This document shows positions 42,081-54,989 of a stretch of DNA of 64,000 bases, one piece after another (within the stretch, counting starts at the first letter, position 1; each line of letters starts with the position of its first letter). This DNA comes from Eledone cirrhosa. Lineage: Eukaryota. Made by a program: the position numbers and the translations under genes. The notes under the pieces are model-generated. The model was not told where the DNA came from. It saw only the letters and a program-made list of their open reading frames with translations, and made no database searches. The stretch covers positions 253,332,001 through 253,396,000 of the forward strand of contig OZ024743.1 of assembly GCA_964016885.1 (NCBI GenBank). The letters run 5' to 3'.

Positions 42081-42468
42081 TGTCACCCTTCTTCTTCTTC
42101 TTCTTCTTCTTCTTCTTCTTCTTCTTCTTCTTCTTCTTCTTCTTCAGAAACAAAAGCAGACTTCTCCAAATATTACGGTTGTATCCCCATGCAAATCCAA
42201 CTAAAATTATGAATATTATCCAAACATCATGCTCATGGTCTACTGTAGGTTGGCTTTGCTCGTAAAATTGGTCCACTGATTCTTTCCTTATACAATATAA
42301 TCATATGATTGTAGTGCCGGAGATGGGATCTCTCGATTCAGAAAAGTAGAGTCTCTAACTGGAGCGAGTCACTGACACCGATCTTCGCACCATTCAAAGG
42401 AACCCCATGCCGGCCACATGAATTCGTGTTGTATGCTTCACACACACACACACGCACACACGCACACA

Positions 42469-42519
<51 letters not shown>

Positions 42520-42520
42520 A

Positions 42521-42567
<47 letters not shown>

Positions 42568-43140
42568 CCACTGACACACGCATATTGTAAATTCAGAAAC
42601 ATATCTATATAACAACCATCCATCCATCAAGTTCTGCTGTCATACCTGCTGGATACAAAATGCTGTTGCTATTATCAAAACTATGTGAAACGTTATTTCT
42701 ATAATATTTCTAAAAATAATTAAAAAGAAAATAACGAAAAATAAATCTTACATTTTACTGCGTGGATCAGTCTCTCCTTTGATTATTCATAGAAACCTAT
42801 ACGCCATTGTGTTATGGATAAATAAACTATTAGTCTTGTGGATACACATTGATTTGCCTTGCTTTGATTATTAAACTCTGTAGATTTTGCAATGAGAAAA
42901 TGTACTCAAAGTTCTTACCACATTGACAAAAATATAGTTGAGAAAGTCAGTTGGCAGCACAACACAACAGGCGTTAAAGTTAAATTGAAGGATGAGACAA
43001 GTAAAGAGAGAATGAATATCTGCAAATATATAAAACATACGTGTATACACTCCTCTATCTATTTGAGTGTAAAAATATCTCTGTTTAGATCTACATATAA
43101 CTAAAGAAACTTAAGTGGATACACACACACACACACACAT

Positions 43141-43191
<51 letters not shown>

Positions 43192-43444
43192 ATTTTAAAA
43201 CATATTTTCACTTAATATCTGAAATTACTTGGTAATTAGAACATTTATTCCTCCAATCAAAACTACATTTCCTGCGATGTTTGTTGATTTAATGATTTAG
43301 TCTGCAAATTGTTATTCACGTTTGCAATTATATTTCAACAAATCGAAACGGTCATAGAAATTAATAAAATGATCTGAACTATAGAATCGCTGGTTTCAGT
43401 TTCCACTTCGGCTGCTAGCACACTTCTCAATATATGTCACCATA

Positions 43445-43580
43445 GTTACGTCCCTTTACGATCTGAGTTCAAATCCCGCCGAGGTTGACTTTGCCTTTCA
43501 TCCTTACGGGGTCGATAAAATAAAGTACCAGTAATGCACTGGGTAATTGCTGGCCTTGTGCCTAAATGTAGAAACAATTA
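43445..43580 (+). mobile_element. tRNA-derived SINE
   Basis: ctgagttcaaatcccgccgaggttgactttgcctttcatcc...gctggccttgtgcctaaatgtagaaac. Confidence 0.85.
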
Positions 43581-44791
43581 ATTACAAGCTTTATCAAATT
43601 TGTGTACAACAAAAAATAGCCTAAATAATACGGTACATAACCCCCCCCCCACACACACACACACACCACCCCACCACACCCCTGCCCCGTAACGGAAAAG
43701 AAGCATTCCCACATAGTAGAGTGTTAAATCTTTGAAGTTTGAACATTCCGTTATCATATTTCTTATGAATGGCACTATGACTTTGAAATAATTTTCAAAA
43801 TAAACAAGAATTTTGCTGACGTTAGCAATATATGTTTTTCATTGTCAAGTTGCTATCTTAAAACTCTTTAAAAAACGTTTGTAAAAGGGTTTTAGATGAA
43901 TGTGATCATTTGAAAACAAAGAGTTTCAAAACATAGAAGCACTTGTGATTTCTGATGATTTGTATGGAAAAGTTTAATTAAGAAACACGTTATTTCGGCA
44001 TTTGGAACATTATTTAACAAAGGTTCTTACATAACATTATAAATAGCTTAAAATAAATGTTTTGCAGCATCGAATCCATGGTGGTTTCGAATAATATTGG
44101 TATCATGTGATGTTTGGTACATTATTTAACAAAGGTTCTTACATAAAATTATGATAGAATATATATATATATATATATATAAATAAGAACTCTTTAAAAC
44201 GAATGCTTTATAACAGAACAAGTGGTTGGTTCACTGAGTTGTATGTAATACATGGTAGGCTATTAAGTATATTTTTAGTTAGACTCAATATTCTATCCAT
44301 TATCCTAGCTTTTATGAACGGGTAACAAATCAGTTCATAATGTGATTTATGAGAGAGCGATGTAATAGCCAAGACGACATTTGTCTTTAATGAGCTTAAT
44401 GTCATAAACTGGAACGAAGCTCCACTCATTAAAAGCCTTTTATTTGTTAGAAGTCATTTACGTTTAGTCAACATTGAAAAGTAATGAAACAGATCATATG
44501 TGAGCGATTGTGGATGCTGTTGTTCTTTCAGTTGACACATTGGTCTGTTATTTGTTTATGAAGCAGAAACATCATCTTTAGTAATCGTTTATTCTTTTAC
44601 TGGTTCGGTCATTAGACTGTGACCACCATGCTGGAGCGCTACCATAAATGTATTTTAGTCGATCATATCAATAACATTACAGGTTTTTCCAAGTCTGATA
44701 TTCATTTTGCCTCTCTCCACCTTTTTTAATTACCAATATACTAGACTTACAAACAAATACACTCACACTCACACAAATATATATATATATA

Positions 44792-45300
44792 CTAGCTGAG
44801 GTACCCGGTAATACCGGGGAGCTGGGGTATTCCCAGTTCCCATTATAATACCCAATGCCTCTCAGACAAAAAACGAAATCAAAATATAGGACAGATAATC
44901 AAAAGCGAAGACAAATTCATTTACGAAACAATAATACAAACAAATATTGTTGATTGCATTGGTCAGGCGAAAAAATGCTTGTCAGAGAAGCTGAGTGCTG
45001 TTATAAGGAAACAAATAGAACCCCCATTACGGTGTCTTATTATTATTGAAATTTGCTGAAATTTTGTGAATAGGCATCATATCTATTTACCTATGGTTTA
45101 AATTTAATATAAATCGAAGGGAAATAATTTTCAGCGGGGGTTGAGCCCCTGGGGAACCCTTTGATTGAAATGAATTATACGTAAGAAATCAAATGGGCAT
45201 GAGCCCTACACACGTGTCAACTTTCATCAAGATCGGCGTGGTAAGTTTTGAGTTTTAGGTTCACAAACAAACAAACAGACAGAAATTGCCATTGATGTAT
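44792..45300 (-). mobile_element. Short non-autonomous Helitron
   Basis: Minus-strand 3' end has a cccggtattaccggg hairpin followed by CTAG, and there is an (ACAA/ACAG)n tract near the other end. Confidence 0.6.
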
Positions 45301-45611
45301 GTATATATATATATACATATATGTATGTACATATATATACATATATATACATATATATATATGTACATATATATACATATATGTACATATATACATATGT
45401 ACATATATATACATATATGTACGTACGTGTACATACTTATATTTAAGTAACAGATGTACTAAGAGTGGGAAATGAAATTTCGTTTAATTTTTTCCGTTTA
45501 TCATTTTCGGTGCACCCGGCCGATTAACCCACTCGATATGCAAATTGGGCTACTCAGCCGTTAATATGCATAAGGTAAGTATATACGTTCAACAATCTGG
45601 CAGGAAGGTAT

Positions 45612-45654
45612 ACGTTTCTGACGGTAGCTAATAAGCTTGAAACTAGTACAGCGT
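45612..45654 (+). ncRNA. Degenerate minimal hammerhead
   Basis: acgttt CTGACGg t agct aata agct t GAAA ctag TA cagcgt. Stem III palindrome actagt. Confidence 0.5.
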
Positions 45655-45916
45655 TCCTTTGTCAGTGTTGAACAAACGAGCAACGATGGTTGCTGGACAC
45701 TACGGCTTAATACGGGATGTTTGTTTTGAAACACACCGAGCATTATAATAAATGTTCGGTGAATCCATACGTACATATATATATATGTGTGCATGTATGT
45801 ATATATATATACATACTACTGTACGTCCGTATACATATATGTATGTACGTGTACATACTTATATTTAAGTAACAGCCGTACTAAGTGTGGGAAATAAAAT
45901 TTCGTTTCATTTTTCC

Positions 45917-45970
<54 letters not shown>

Positions 45971-45979
45971 ATTATTATT

Positions 45980-46320
45980 ATTATAGAATATAAAAGATAA
46001 GCGAACACAGATATATAGATATATGTGTTCAAATCGCAAGGGACCTGATTCGCTAAGGTATAAAGAATACTAACTATAGACAATTGGGTTCGCTTGTCTT
46101 TCTTAAATTGAGACAAGCGAACCCAATTGTCCATAGTTAGTATTCTTTATACATTAGCGAATCTGGTCCCTTGCGATTTGAACACATATATCTTTATATC
46201 TGTGTTCACTTTTCTTTTATATTCTATTATAATATACGACTCAGAAATATCTCTTTCTTAGAGCTATTCTGTTGTAAGAGACTATTTTGAGTTCATAACT
46301 CAATTTATACATTTAATATA
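45980..46320. repeat. Short fold-back relic with one-sided tail
   Basis: ~45980-46100 is mirrored by ~46110-46235. The tail cgactcagaaatatctctttcttagagctatt resembles 27455-27490. Confidence 0.8.
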
Positions 46321-46432
46321 TGTATATATATTTTCCTCTCTTTACGTTGCTTCACCCTTCGTGGCTGTTTACATATGTTTCTCCCCTCCCCCTTTCTTTT
46401 ATCCCAGTAACTTATTTTAGTTATTGTTTCGC

Positions 46433-46502
46433 CCAAGGCTGAGGTATATTGTCTCTATTGCGACAAAATACCTATGATTCTTAGTAGACAACTGATGACG
46501 GA
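46433..46502 (+). ncRNA. Candidate k-turn/pseudoknotted hammerhead-like motif, copy 4
   Basis: ccaaggc t ga ggtat a ttgtct N9 c aaa atacc tat ga t tcttag t agacaa ctgatga cgga. Confidence 0.5.
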
Positions 46503-46547
46503 TACACCTCTCTTTCGCCCGTTACTTTTATTTTCATTATATATATA

Positions 46548-46728
46548 TGGGCAGTATCAGTAGAGGGCGGACGCCATGCTTTGACGCATAGAGTTATGGC
46601 CCTTGCCATTCTGAGTTCAAATCCCGCCGATGTTAACTTTCCCTTTCATCCTTACGGGGTCGATAAAATAAAGTACCAGCAATGCACAGGGTTATTGCTG
46701 CCCTTGTGCCAAAAGTAGAAACAATTAT
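46548..46728 (+). mobile_element. tRNA-derived SINE
   Basis: A-box, B-box and SINE core as in the other copies. Confidence 0.85.
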
Positions 46729-46920
46729 ATATATATGTATATATATATATTGTTATACTTTGGGAGGGTCATGTTGCCAATAAGAAACACACGCACCATT
46801 TGCTTTCACTTCAATTTATTATATATTTATAAATTTATAAATTTACAAATCTACAAACCTATAAATGTATAAATTTCTGGTTGGTTGGTTGGTTCCACAA
46901 CCAGATAGTTGTTTATATAT

Positions 46921-46965
46921 AGTCATAGTCCTTTCGTCACACACTATGTGACCTCTTCAGTGACT
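46921..46965 (-). ncRNA. Minimal type I hammerhead ribozyme
   Basis: agtca CTGAAGA g gtcaca tagtg tgtgac GAAA ggac TA tgact. Confidence 0.8.
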
Positions 46966-47171
46966 GGGGATTCCTTTCTTTGTTTCTGTGCCTTTCCTTT
47001 CTTCTGTCCTACGCCATTTTGTTTCTGAGTGTGTGTTGTGTGCTCAGTTTGCGCATGCGCCACATCCGTGTATCTGTGTGTGTTTGTGTTCATTTATCTA
47101 TTTGTTTATTTATTTACATGTTGTTGGTTGGTTGTTTGTTCTATGTGTGTGTGTGTGTTTTCATTTTGTCC

Positions 47172-48567
47172 TTAATTGTAAGTTGTGATGTTGCTGTTCC
47201 ACTCATATTTTCTATTTAATTTTGGTTGTAATTCTTTTATGCTTACTGCCTCTGTAATTTGCCTAAACATTGCATCTTTTCTGTGTGTGGATTCTATTTT
47301 TATTTCTATGTTCTCTAATTTACCCTTGTGTTCTATCTTAGCATGTTGGTAGAGTACAGATGATTCTTTATTATCTTGAAGGTCTCGCCAGTGTTCATTT
47401 ATCCGTTCCCCTATACTACGAGCTGTCTCACCTATGTACACTATATTTTTGTTTCTACATGTCCTTCAGTACATCTTATGCTATACACTACATTTCTAGT
47501 TTTACAGTTAATATGGGGGCTTATTTTACAGGTTATACATTTCTTATCTATACATGAGGGTCTTTGGAACGGGTATGTCTTGCTAATAAGTGTTTTTACG
47601 GAGGTACCTGGTCTTTCTACTATCTTAATATTGAGTTTATGTTTATTTAGGGCCCTTCTAAATTTGTAGGCTAGTTCGCCTCTAGGGGTTCTATTGATGA
47701 ACATTACACTCTGGTATTTATTGTTATCATACCATGAGTTTATTCTATTGGCCTTGTTCCTAGTTCTTTCTATTCTATTCCAAAATTTGCTCCTATACAA
47801 GGGGCAGGTCCCATTTATGTCATTATTTACCATTTTTTCCCATTTGGTTCTGGCTCCTCTATACACTCTGATTCTATCTCTCTGATTGTAGCCAGAGAAC
47901 TGCATACGGTGGATGAAGTGTTGTATGTGTCTCTCTAGTTCTTCGGGGTTGCACATGCGGGACACATTTCTCATCACCCGTACCAAATCCGCAATCAGTA
48001 TGTTGATTTTGGTATGGTCCGAAATGGCCGAGTTTCGGTGGATCAGATGTTTGGAAGTCATGGGTTTGGCATAGTGGGAATGGAGGATTTGTTTTTGGTT
48101 GTTAATGGTATCTAACCAGAGCTCTGTGTCTAGTACAGGTAATCGATGGTTGGGGTGTCTACTTGGGTAGTCTATAGTAACTCTAATGCTCTGGTGGATG
48201 GAGTTTGCTATTTGCTGGATGCTTTCCATTGTGTTTTTCTCTAGTTCCTGACTGTTCTCTACTGGGGGTCTTAACTACGATGTTTATATCATCTACGTAG
48301 CGAGAGTACATTATCAGGGTTAAGCTGTCTTCTAATTGTTCTTTAAGTTTAAGTTTAAGTCTACTGTTCCACCATACCATGAATAAGTTAGCTATGTCGC
48401 CTGCAATGCTAACACCAATGGCTGCTCCTTCCTCTTGGGCATATGTTTTTCCATTAAATTTGAACATATGTACCTTAAGGGTTAATTTTATGCTGGCACC
48501 TACCGCATGTGCAATCATTTTCTTCAGTTCATCGTGGTTTTCGGGTGTCCGTATGGCTCTGGTCCAT
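47172..48567 (-). pseudogene. Inverted partial copy of PLE RT thumb and GIY-YIG
   Basis: ORFs 48183-48575, 47441-48229 and 47172-47441 match the plus-strand protein, with two frameshifts. Confidence 0.9.
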
Positions 48568-48874
48568 ACGGACACCCGAAATAGAAAAATAATTTACAAA
48601 ACTACGCTGGAGCATCAAAAACAAAAGCAACAATATACGCACACACATATACAACACACATCCCAACAACAACAGACACACAGATACAAACAACAATAAC
48701 AACAACACACACATCAACAACAACAACAATAGCAACATACCCAGAAACAACAACAACAGACACGCAGACACAAACAACAATAACAACACACACAACAACG
48801 ATAAGACACACGGAGATAACAACAACACACATCAACAACAGCACACATCAACAACAACAACACACACGCATTCA

Positions 48875-51578
48875 ATGCCTCTCACCACCACCACAAACTT
48901 AACAAACGCACAGACACAGAAAACAAGTAATGACAATAGCACAGAAATCAGAGAAATAAGGGAAAGTAATAAGATTAAAAGGAAAAGGAGATGGGAGACT
49001 AAGGACAAAGAGAATAACCAAGACGAACACACAGACACACAAAATAGGGTAGATAACAACATTGAGCCAGTGGAAAGAGACAGGAGTAATTATGAGAGAC
49101 ATAGAAACAACCATGAGGCTGTTGGTGGAAATAGAAATAGAAACAACACAACTAACAATAACAATAGCACTAGTACACATAAAGCAGCAGCCTGGAACTC
49201 TCCGTTTTATAATCCCTCCGATAAATCATTCGACCTGCGACGAGTCCACGCCACGACTTTACCATTTAACAAACGCACGCAGTTGCCGTCGCAGGTCGAT
49301 GAACAAACAGAAACACAATTTAGTATAGCTAAATCCGAACTTAGAAATATTATAGAACAGTATAGCAAGAATCTTAATAGAATAGAGGCCCAGCAACTGG
49401 GAAAAAAATCTGCAAATGGCTTGCGTAAGCTCATGCAGCGCTCACGTAATGGAGAGATAGCATGCTTTCCAACAGACAAGTCTGGCAGAATGTCGGTTGA
49501 CAGCCTGCCAAACTACATCCAGGCAATGCAACCCCACATCACTAACACAAGAGAGGTAACACCACAGGAGCATGAGGATAGAGAAAAAGCCCTCAATGCC
49601 CATATGGTGATGTGGACGAATATAATGCAGCCCAACAAAAGGACTGCCAACAACTTCCAGGCCTGGAACAATGACGTGCCGGCGTTGTATGGGCTTCGAA
49701 AAGACCATAAAACGGGCTGTGACCCTGTCGCGGGACCACCAACACGGCCAGTCTGTGGAGCTAACATTGCTAGTAACTACAGACTGTCCTACTTCCTCTC
49801 CCTGATCATACGCCCCATCATTGAGATGTCCCCAGATGTATGTGACAGCACGGAGGACCTCCTCAGCAGAATCGGCGTGAGTAACCGATCTGGGGACCTA
49901 ACAAACTGCATAATAGGCAGTATGGTTGTTGTGTCCCTGTATCCATCTATTGACGGGGATTTTGCTGTGGAGAAATGCGTAGAAATGATCAGCGAGAGCA
50001 AGGTTGAGTTCCGTGGGATTGATACCAGTGAGCTGGGATTTCTACTTAAGCTTACCCATAGTAATAGTTACCTAGACACTTATGACCTTAGCAACCTGTG
50101 CCCTACAAGACCAGCAAGAGGCAGACCACCTACCATTACCTCTATGACCAAGAAAACCCACACAGATAGATGGAACGGGTGGACCAGAACCATACGGACA
50201 CCCGAAAACCACGAGGAACTGAAGAAAATGATTGTACATGCGGTAGGGGCCAGCATAAAATTAACCCTTAAGGAACATATGTTCAAATGTAATGGAAAAA
50301 CATATGCCCAAGAGGAAGGAGCAGCCATTGGTGTTAGCATTGCAGGCGACATAGCTAACTTATTCATGGTATGGTGGGACAGTAGACTTAAACTTAAACT
50401 TAAAGAACAATTAGAAGACAGCTTAAACCTGATAATGTACTCCCGCTACGTAGATGATATAAACATCGTAGTTAAGACACCCCCACTAGAGAACAGTCAG
50501 GAACTAGAGAAAAACACAATGGAAAGCATCCAGCAAATAGCAAACTCCATTCACCAGAGCATTAGTGTTACTATAGACTACCCAAGTAGACACCCCAACC
50601 ATCGATTACCTGTACTAGACACAGAGCTCTGGTTAGATACCATTAACAACCAAAAACAAATCCTCCATTTCCACTATGCCAAACCCATGACTTCCAAACA
50701 TCTGATCCACCGAAACTCGGCCATTTCGGACCATACCAAAATCAACATACTGATTGCGGATTTGGTACGGGTGATGAGAAATGTGTCCCGCATGTGCAAC
50801 CCCGAAGAACTAGAGAGACACATACAACACTTCATCCACCGTATGCAGTTCTCTGGCTACAATCAGAGAGATAGAATCAGAGTGTATAGAGGAGCCAGAA
50901 CCAAATGGGAAAAAAATGGTAAATAATGACATAAATGGGACCTGCCCCTTGTATAGGAGCAAATTTTGGAATAGAATAGAAAGAACTAGGAACAAGGCCA
51001 ATAGAATAAACTCATGGTATTATAGCAATAAATACCAGAGTGTAATGTTCATCAATACAACCCCTAGAGACGAACTAGCCTACACATTTAGAAGGGCCCT
51101 AAATAAACATAAACTCAATATTAAGATAGTAGAAAGACCAGGTACCTCCGTAAAAACACTTATTAGCAAGACATACCCGTTCCAAAGACACTCATGTATA
51201 GATAAGAAATGTATAACCTGTAAAATAAGCCCCCATATTAACTGTAAAACTAGAAATGTAGTGTATAGCATAAGATGTACTGAAGGACAATGTAGAAACA
51301 AAAATATAGTGTACATAGGTGAGACAGCTCGTAGTATAGGGGAACGGATAAATGAACACTGGCGAGACCTTCAAGATAATAAAGAATCATCTGTACTCTA
51401 CCAACATGCTAAGATAGAACACAAGGGTAAATTAGAGAACATAGAAATAAAAATAGAATCCACACACAGAAAAGATGCAATGTTTAGGCACATTACAGAG
51501 GCAGTAAGCATAAAAGAATTACAACCAAAATTAAATAGAAAATATGAGTGGAACAGCAACATCACAACTTACAATTAA
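48875..51578 (+). pseudogene. PLE reverse transcriptase plus GIY-YIG endonuclease (one frameshift)
   Basis: PTDKSG, RPVCG, GSMVVVSLYPSI (motif A Asp appears replaced by Val), GAAIG..ANLFM, RYVDD, VYSIRC...YIGETARSIGERINEH. +1 frameshift in the A-run near 50910-50916. The start is uncertain. Confidence 0.92.
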
Positions 51579-51773
51579 GGACAAAATGAAAACACACACA
51601 CACATAGAACAAACAACCAACCAACAACATGTAAATAAATAAACAAATAGATAAATGAACACAAACACACACAGACACACGCATGCGCAAACTGAGCACA
51701 CAACACACACTCAGAAACAAAATGGCGTAGGACAGAAGAAAGGAAAGGCACAGAAAAAAAGAAAGGAATCCCC

Positions 51774-51818
51774 AGTCACTGAAGAGGTCACAGAGTGTGT
51801 GACGAAAGGACTATGACT
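51774..51818 (+). ncRNA. Minimal type I hammerhead ribozyme
   Basis: agtca CTGAAGA g gtcaca gagtg tgtgac GAAA ggac TA tgact. Predicted cut after 51813. Confidence 0.8.
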
Positions 51819-52072
51819 ATATATAAACAACTATCTGGTTGTGGAACCAACCAACCAACCAGAAATTTATAAATTTATAGGTTTGTAGATGTGTAAATTT
51901 ATAAATGTATAAATATATAATAAATTGAAGTGAAAGCAATTGGTGCGTGTGTTTCTTATTGGCAACATGACCCTCCCAAAGTATAACAATATCGGTTTCA
52001 ATACACGATTTCAGATAAAGAATCTTGCTAAACAAATTCAGAAACGAAATATATATATATATATATATATAT

Positions 52073-52264
52073 AAATGTAATCTGAGTTTTTAGAATATCA
52101 ATAATAATATTCGATTTGTTTGCAATCATGCAAACAAGCCGCATTTTTAAAGCCACGTCAGTAGAATGAGCCCCTCATTCTTGATCTTAACGAATCGAAT
52201 AATATTATTATTATTCGAAAAACTCAGATTACATTTACTGTATTCAGCCATATAGAGCAAAACA

Positions 52265-52268
<4 letters not shown>
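52073..52268. repeat. Small fold-back relic with one-sided tail in (TA)n
   Basis: aaatgtaatctgagtttt...attcgatttgtt pairs with aacgaatcgaat...aaaactcagattacattt. Confidence 0.7.
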
Positions 52269-52317
<49 letters not shown>

Positions 52318-52831
52318 TATACGGATTAACAAATAATAGTTAAATGCAGTCCACTTAGGAGAAGTCCAGTTATGGTATTCCATGCATGTGTATATATGTG
52401 TATATATATTTTTATATATATATATATGTGTGTGTGTGTGTATGTGTATGTGTGTGTGTGTGTGCGTAGATATATGCGTATATTAATTCGTTAACCTCTG
52501 TATTAACTCTACAACTATTGAGCTTTGACAGTGGTCCCACTCATGTATACTGTTGAAGATGAAGAGAAAGACTGTAAAAACTAGCTTATCTTTATAATTT
52601 AAAATTGATACACACTACGATACTTTTTGCCTTATGACAGCTGGTTTTCACGCCGTAACATTAGATACATTATACACCCCCCACCTAAGTAATGTCAGGG
52701 TCTCCTTAAATAGTTTATTGATAGCATTGTTGTAATTGTTGTTATTGTTCTAATTGAATGCTATAACTACTCCATATAGTAGCCGTATTTTCTTTTCTTT
52801 TCTTGCCTGTGTCTTTTCTTCATTCTCGCAT

Positions 52832-52937
52832 GCTCCGAAGATCTGACTGGTTATAATTCTGTATTGGCGATCGAGTAACGCAAAATTAAGCGGATGGCGA
52901 TCTCTAGACATACCAGTTCAGTGAAACAAATGTAAGC
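52832..52937 (+). ncRNA. Hammerhead-like motif with long stem II
   Basis: gct CcGAAGA t ctgactggt...accagttcag t GAAA caaatg TA agc. Confidence 0.55.
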
Positions 52938-53189
52938 TATGTGATTAAAAACTTTTTTGTATAGCAAACCATTTAAACCTTCTTTCCTGATTTATATATA
53001 TATTATATATATCATCATCACCAGTCCCTTGACTTCTGTAGTCGCTGGAGGATCCGAATAAAGAAGCAGCATAGATTTGAAATAATCTATCAACGGTGGC
53101 CGTTGGCAAATCCGGTTTATACATGTGCGTCCATTCTTTGACATTGCCCAATCTGTTTTTGTGTTGCGTCCACTTTCAACGGTACTTTG

Positions 53190-53660
53190 CATCATGGTCT
53201 TTCACGTCGTGTGACGTGGCTAAACCATGCCATGTCCTCTTCTTGCCAGTGGCTAGGAGAGGTTCCTATTGATCCACAAATGTTTCAACCTTTGTTCACA
53301 TGTTTCCATTGGTTTTACCTTCCCAGGAATTAGAAAGGAGTTTTCTCATGTGTTTGTCCTAAAATGTTTCTACAAAAAATGTTCAGGTTTTACACCCATA
53401 TAGGAAGATGGAGACAAGTATCGATTTTTACAATCTGTACTTGGTCTGAAAGTTGATTTTGCTCCTCCATATTCTTGACAATAGCTGCGGCAATCGGTGT
53501 GTGGATTTCTGCATTGCCGGTACCAACTTTTGACAAGACTGCTCCCAAGGGTTTGAAATTTGATACTTCCTCCAATGGTGATGTTGACACAGGTGTTACT
53601 TGTACTATTCAGCATTAATTTTGTTTTCTTGGAACTGACCTCCATTCCACAGATTCCTGG
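53190..53660 (-). mobile_element. RTE-clade RT 3' remnant
   Basis: MEVSSKKTKLM...LEEVSNFKPLG...SILLYGCET across frames. Confidence 0.6.
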
Positions 53661-53974
53661 TTTCTCTGAATGTAGTTCAATATTAAAAAAAGAAAAACTA
53701 ACAGATATAACTATACAATGTCTTATGAGGTTCCAACTTGGACATATTTAGAAAGAGCAAAATTAGGAGGTGGAGAATGAAAACTTAAAGAATGTTATAT
53801 ATATAGGTATGTGTGTGTGTGTGTGATTGTGTGTGGTTACATATTTTTGAGACTGAATCAATATATATATGTATGTTACTTAGGTAACTGCAGTTACAGG
53901 CGGCGCGCCGTTCGAAACACAGGTGTCTGGCAAAGAGATGCAGGGAGATTGTCGAGTCCAAGCTCACTGGTGAT

Positions 53975-54657
53975 GTGTGCGGTTTTCGCCCCGCTCGCAG
54001 CGTAGTCAACTAAATATTCACACTTCGAGAAGTCATGGGATTGTTGGCAAGAGGTATATTCTTGTTTTGTAGACCTTGAAAGGGCATAAGGCCGTGTTCC
54101 TCAATGGAAGAACGGAGACTGAATTAAGTGTAAGAATTCCACGAACTGGTGCAGTAATGCGCCAGCCTCAGAGTTCGTTTATCAGAAGAAAAATGGTAGG
54201 AATAAAAACCAAACTTGCTATGTTCAATTCGGTATTCGTGTCAATCCTTACCTATGGACTTGAATCTTGAGTAATGACCGAACACATAGATTGCTAATAC
54301 AAGCGGCTGAAAAGGGGTTCCACCGAAGCGATATTGGCCAAAGGTTACTCGATAGAGAGTCGTTCCATGTAAATTCACTACTACTATCCTGAATTGAAAG
54401 ACCACAGTACTAATACTATAGATATGGGTTTAGAATGTCTCAGGAAAGAATCGCTGGACCGATTTTCTGGGCAAACCCGGCCAGCAGGATAGAATCAGGG
54501 TAGACACCGAGAAAGTTGGTTGGATAACATTCATGAGCTTGGCTGCTCCCTCTTGAGGATCCAGCCGGATCATTTTGAGGCGGATGTTTTTGACAAGACC
54601 CGCTGAAAAGAATGTTTGAGGACTCTGCCCTGACGACCCTCCCAGGAATAAGCGGGC

Positions 54658-54690
<33 letters not shown>
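53975..54690 (+). mobile_element. RTE-clade remnant ending in (TAA)n
   Basis: IFTLR...CFVDLERA...FVSILTYGLES...IQAAEK fragments, followed by a (TAA)n tail. Confidence 0.6.
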
Positions 54691-54693
<3 letters not shown>

Positions 54694-54989
54694 TTTCTTT
54701 ATTAACCACAAGGGTTTACATAAAGTACACATTAAGGACAGTGCAGGACAATACAGTACGGTACAAATGGGCATTTCTGCGTGTAAAAAACAAAAACAGA
54801 GGATGTAACAAAAAATAACAATGAGCAATTCCTCAATAGGGGGGAGACTTCGGAGGGACATTTGTGGAGAAAGCCCAGTAAAAGGCCACAGTGACCCTGA
54901 CCACCAAGGCAAGTGCACTCTCCCAGTTCTCCACCTTTAATTTACAGATATATACTCAGAGTAGGCCCATTCACTCGGGCCATTCTTGC

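Larger units (their letters stand above)
46750..52049 (+). mobile_element. Penelope-like retroelement (C-terminal GIY-YIG, possibly Nematis-like) with 1.8-kb inverted 3' copy
   Basis: 46750-48567 is the reverse complement of ~50180-51989. The RT and EN ORF is on the plus strand. Each arm has an HHR and both ends lie in (TA)n. Confidence 0.95.

Noticed and set aside
48875-51578. Selenocysteine-encoding or N-terminal-endonuclease (Naiad-type) PLE
   Set aside because: GIY-YIG is C-terminal and there is no in-frame TGA; the break is a homopolymer frameshift.
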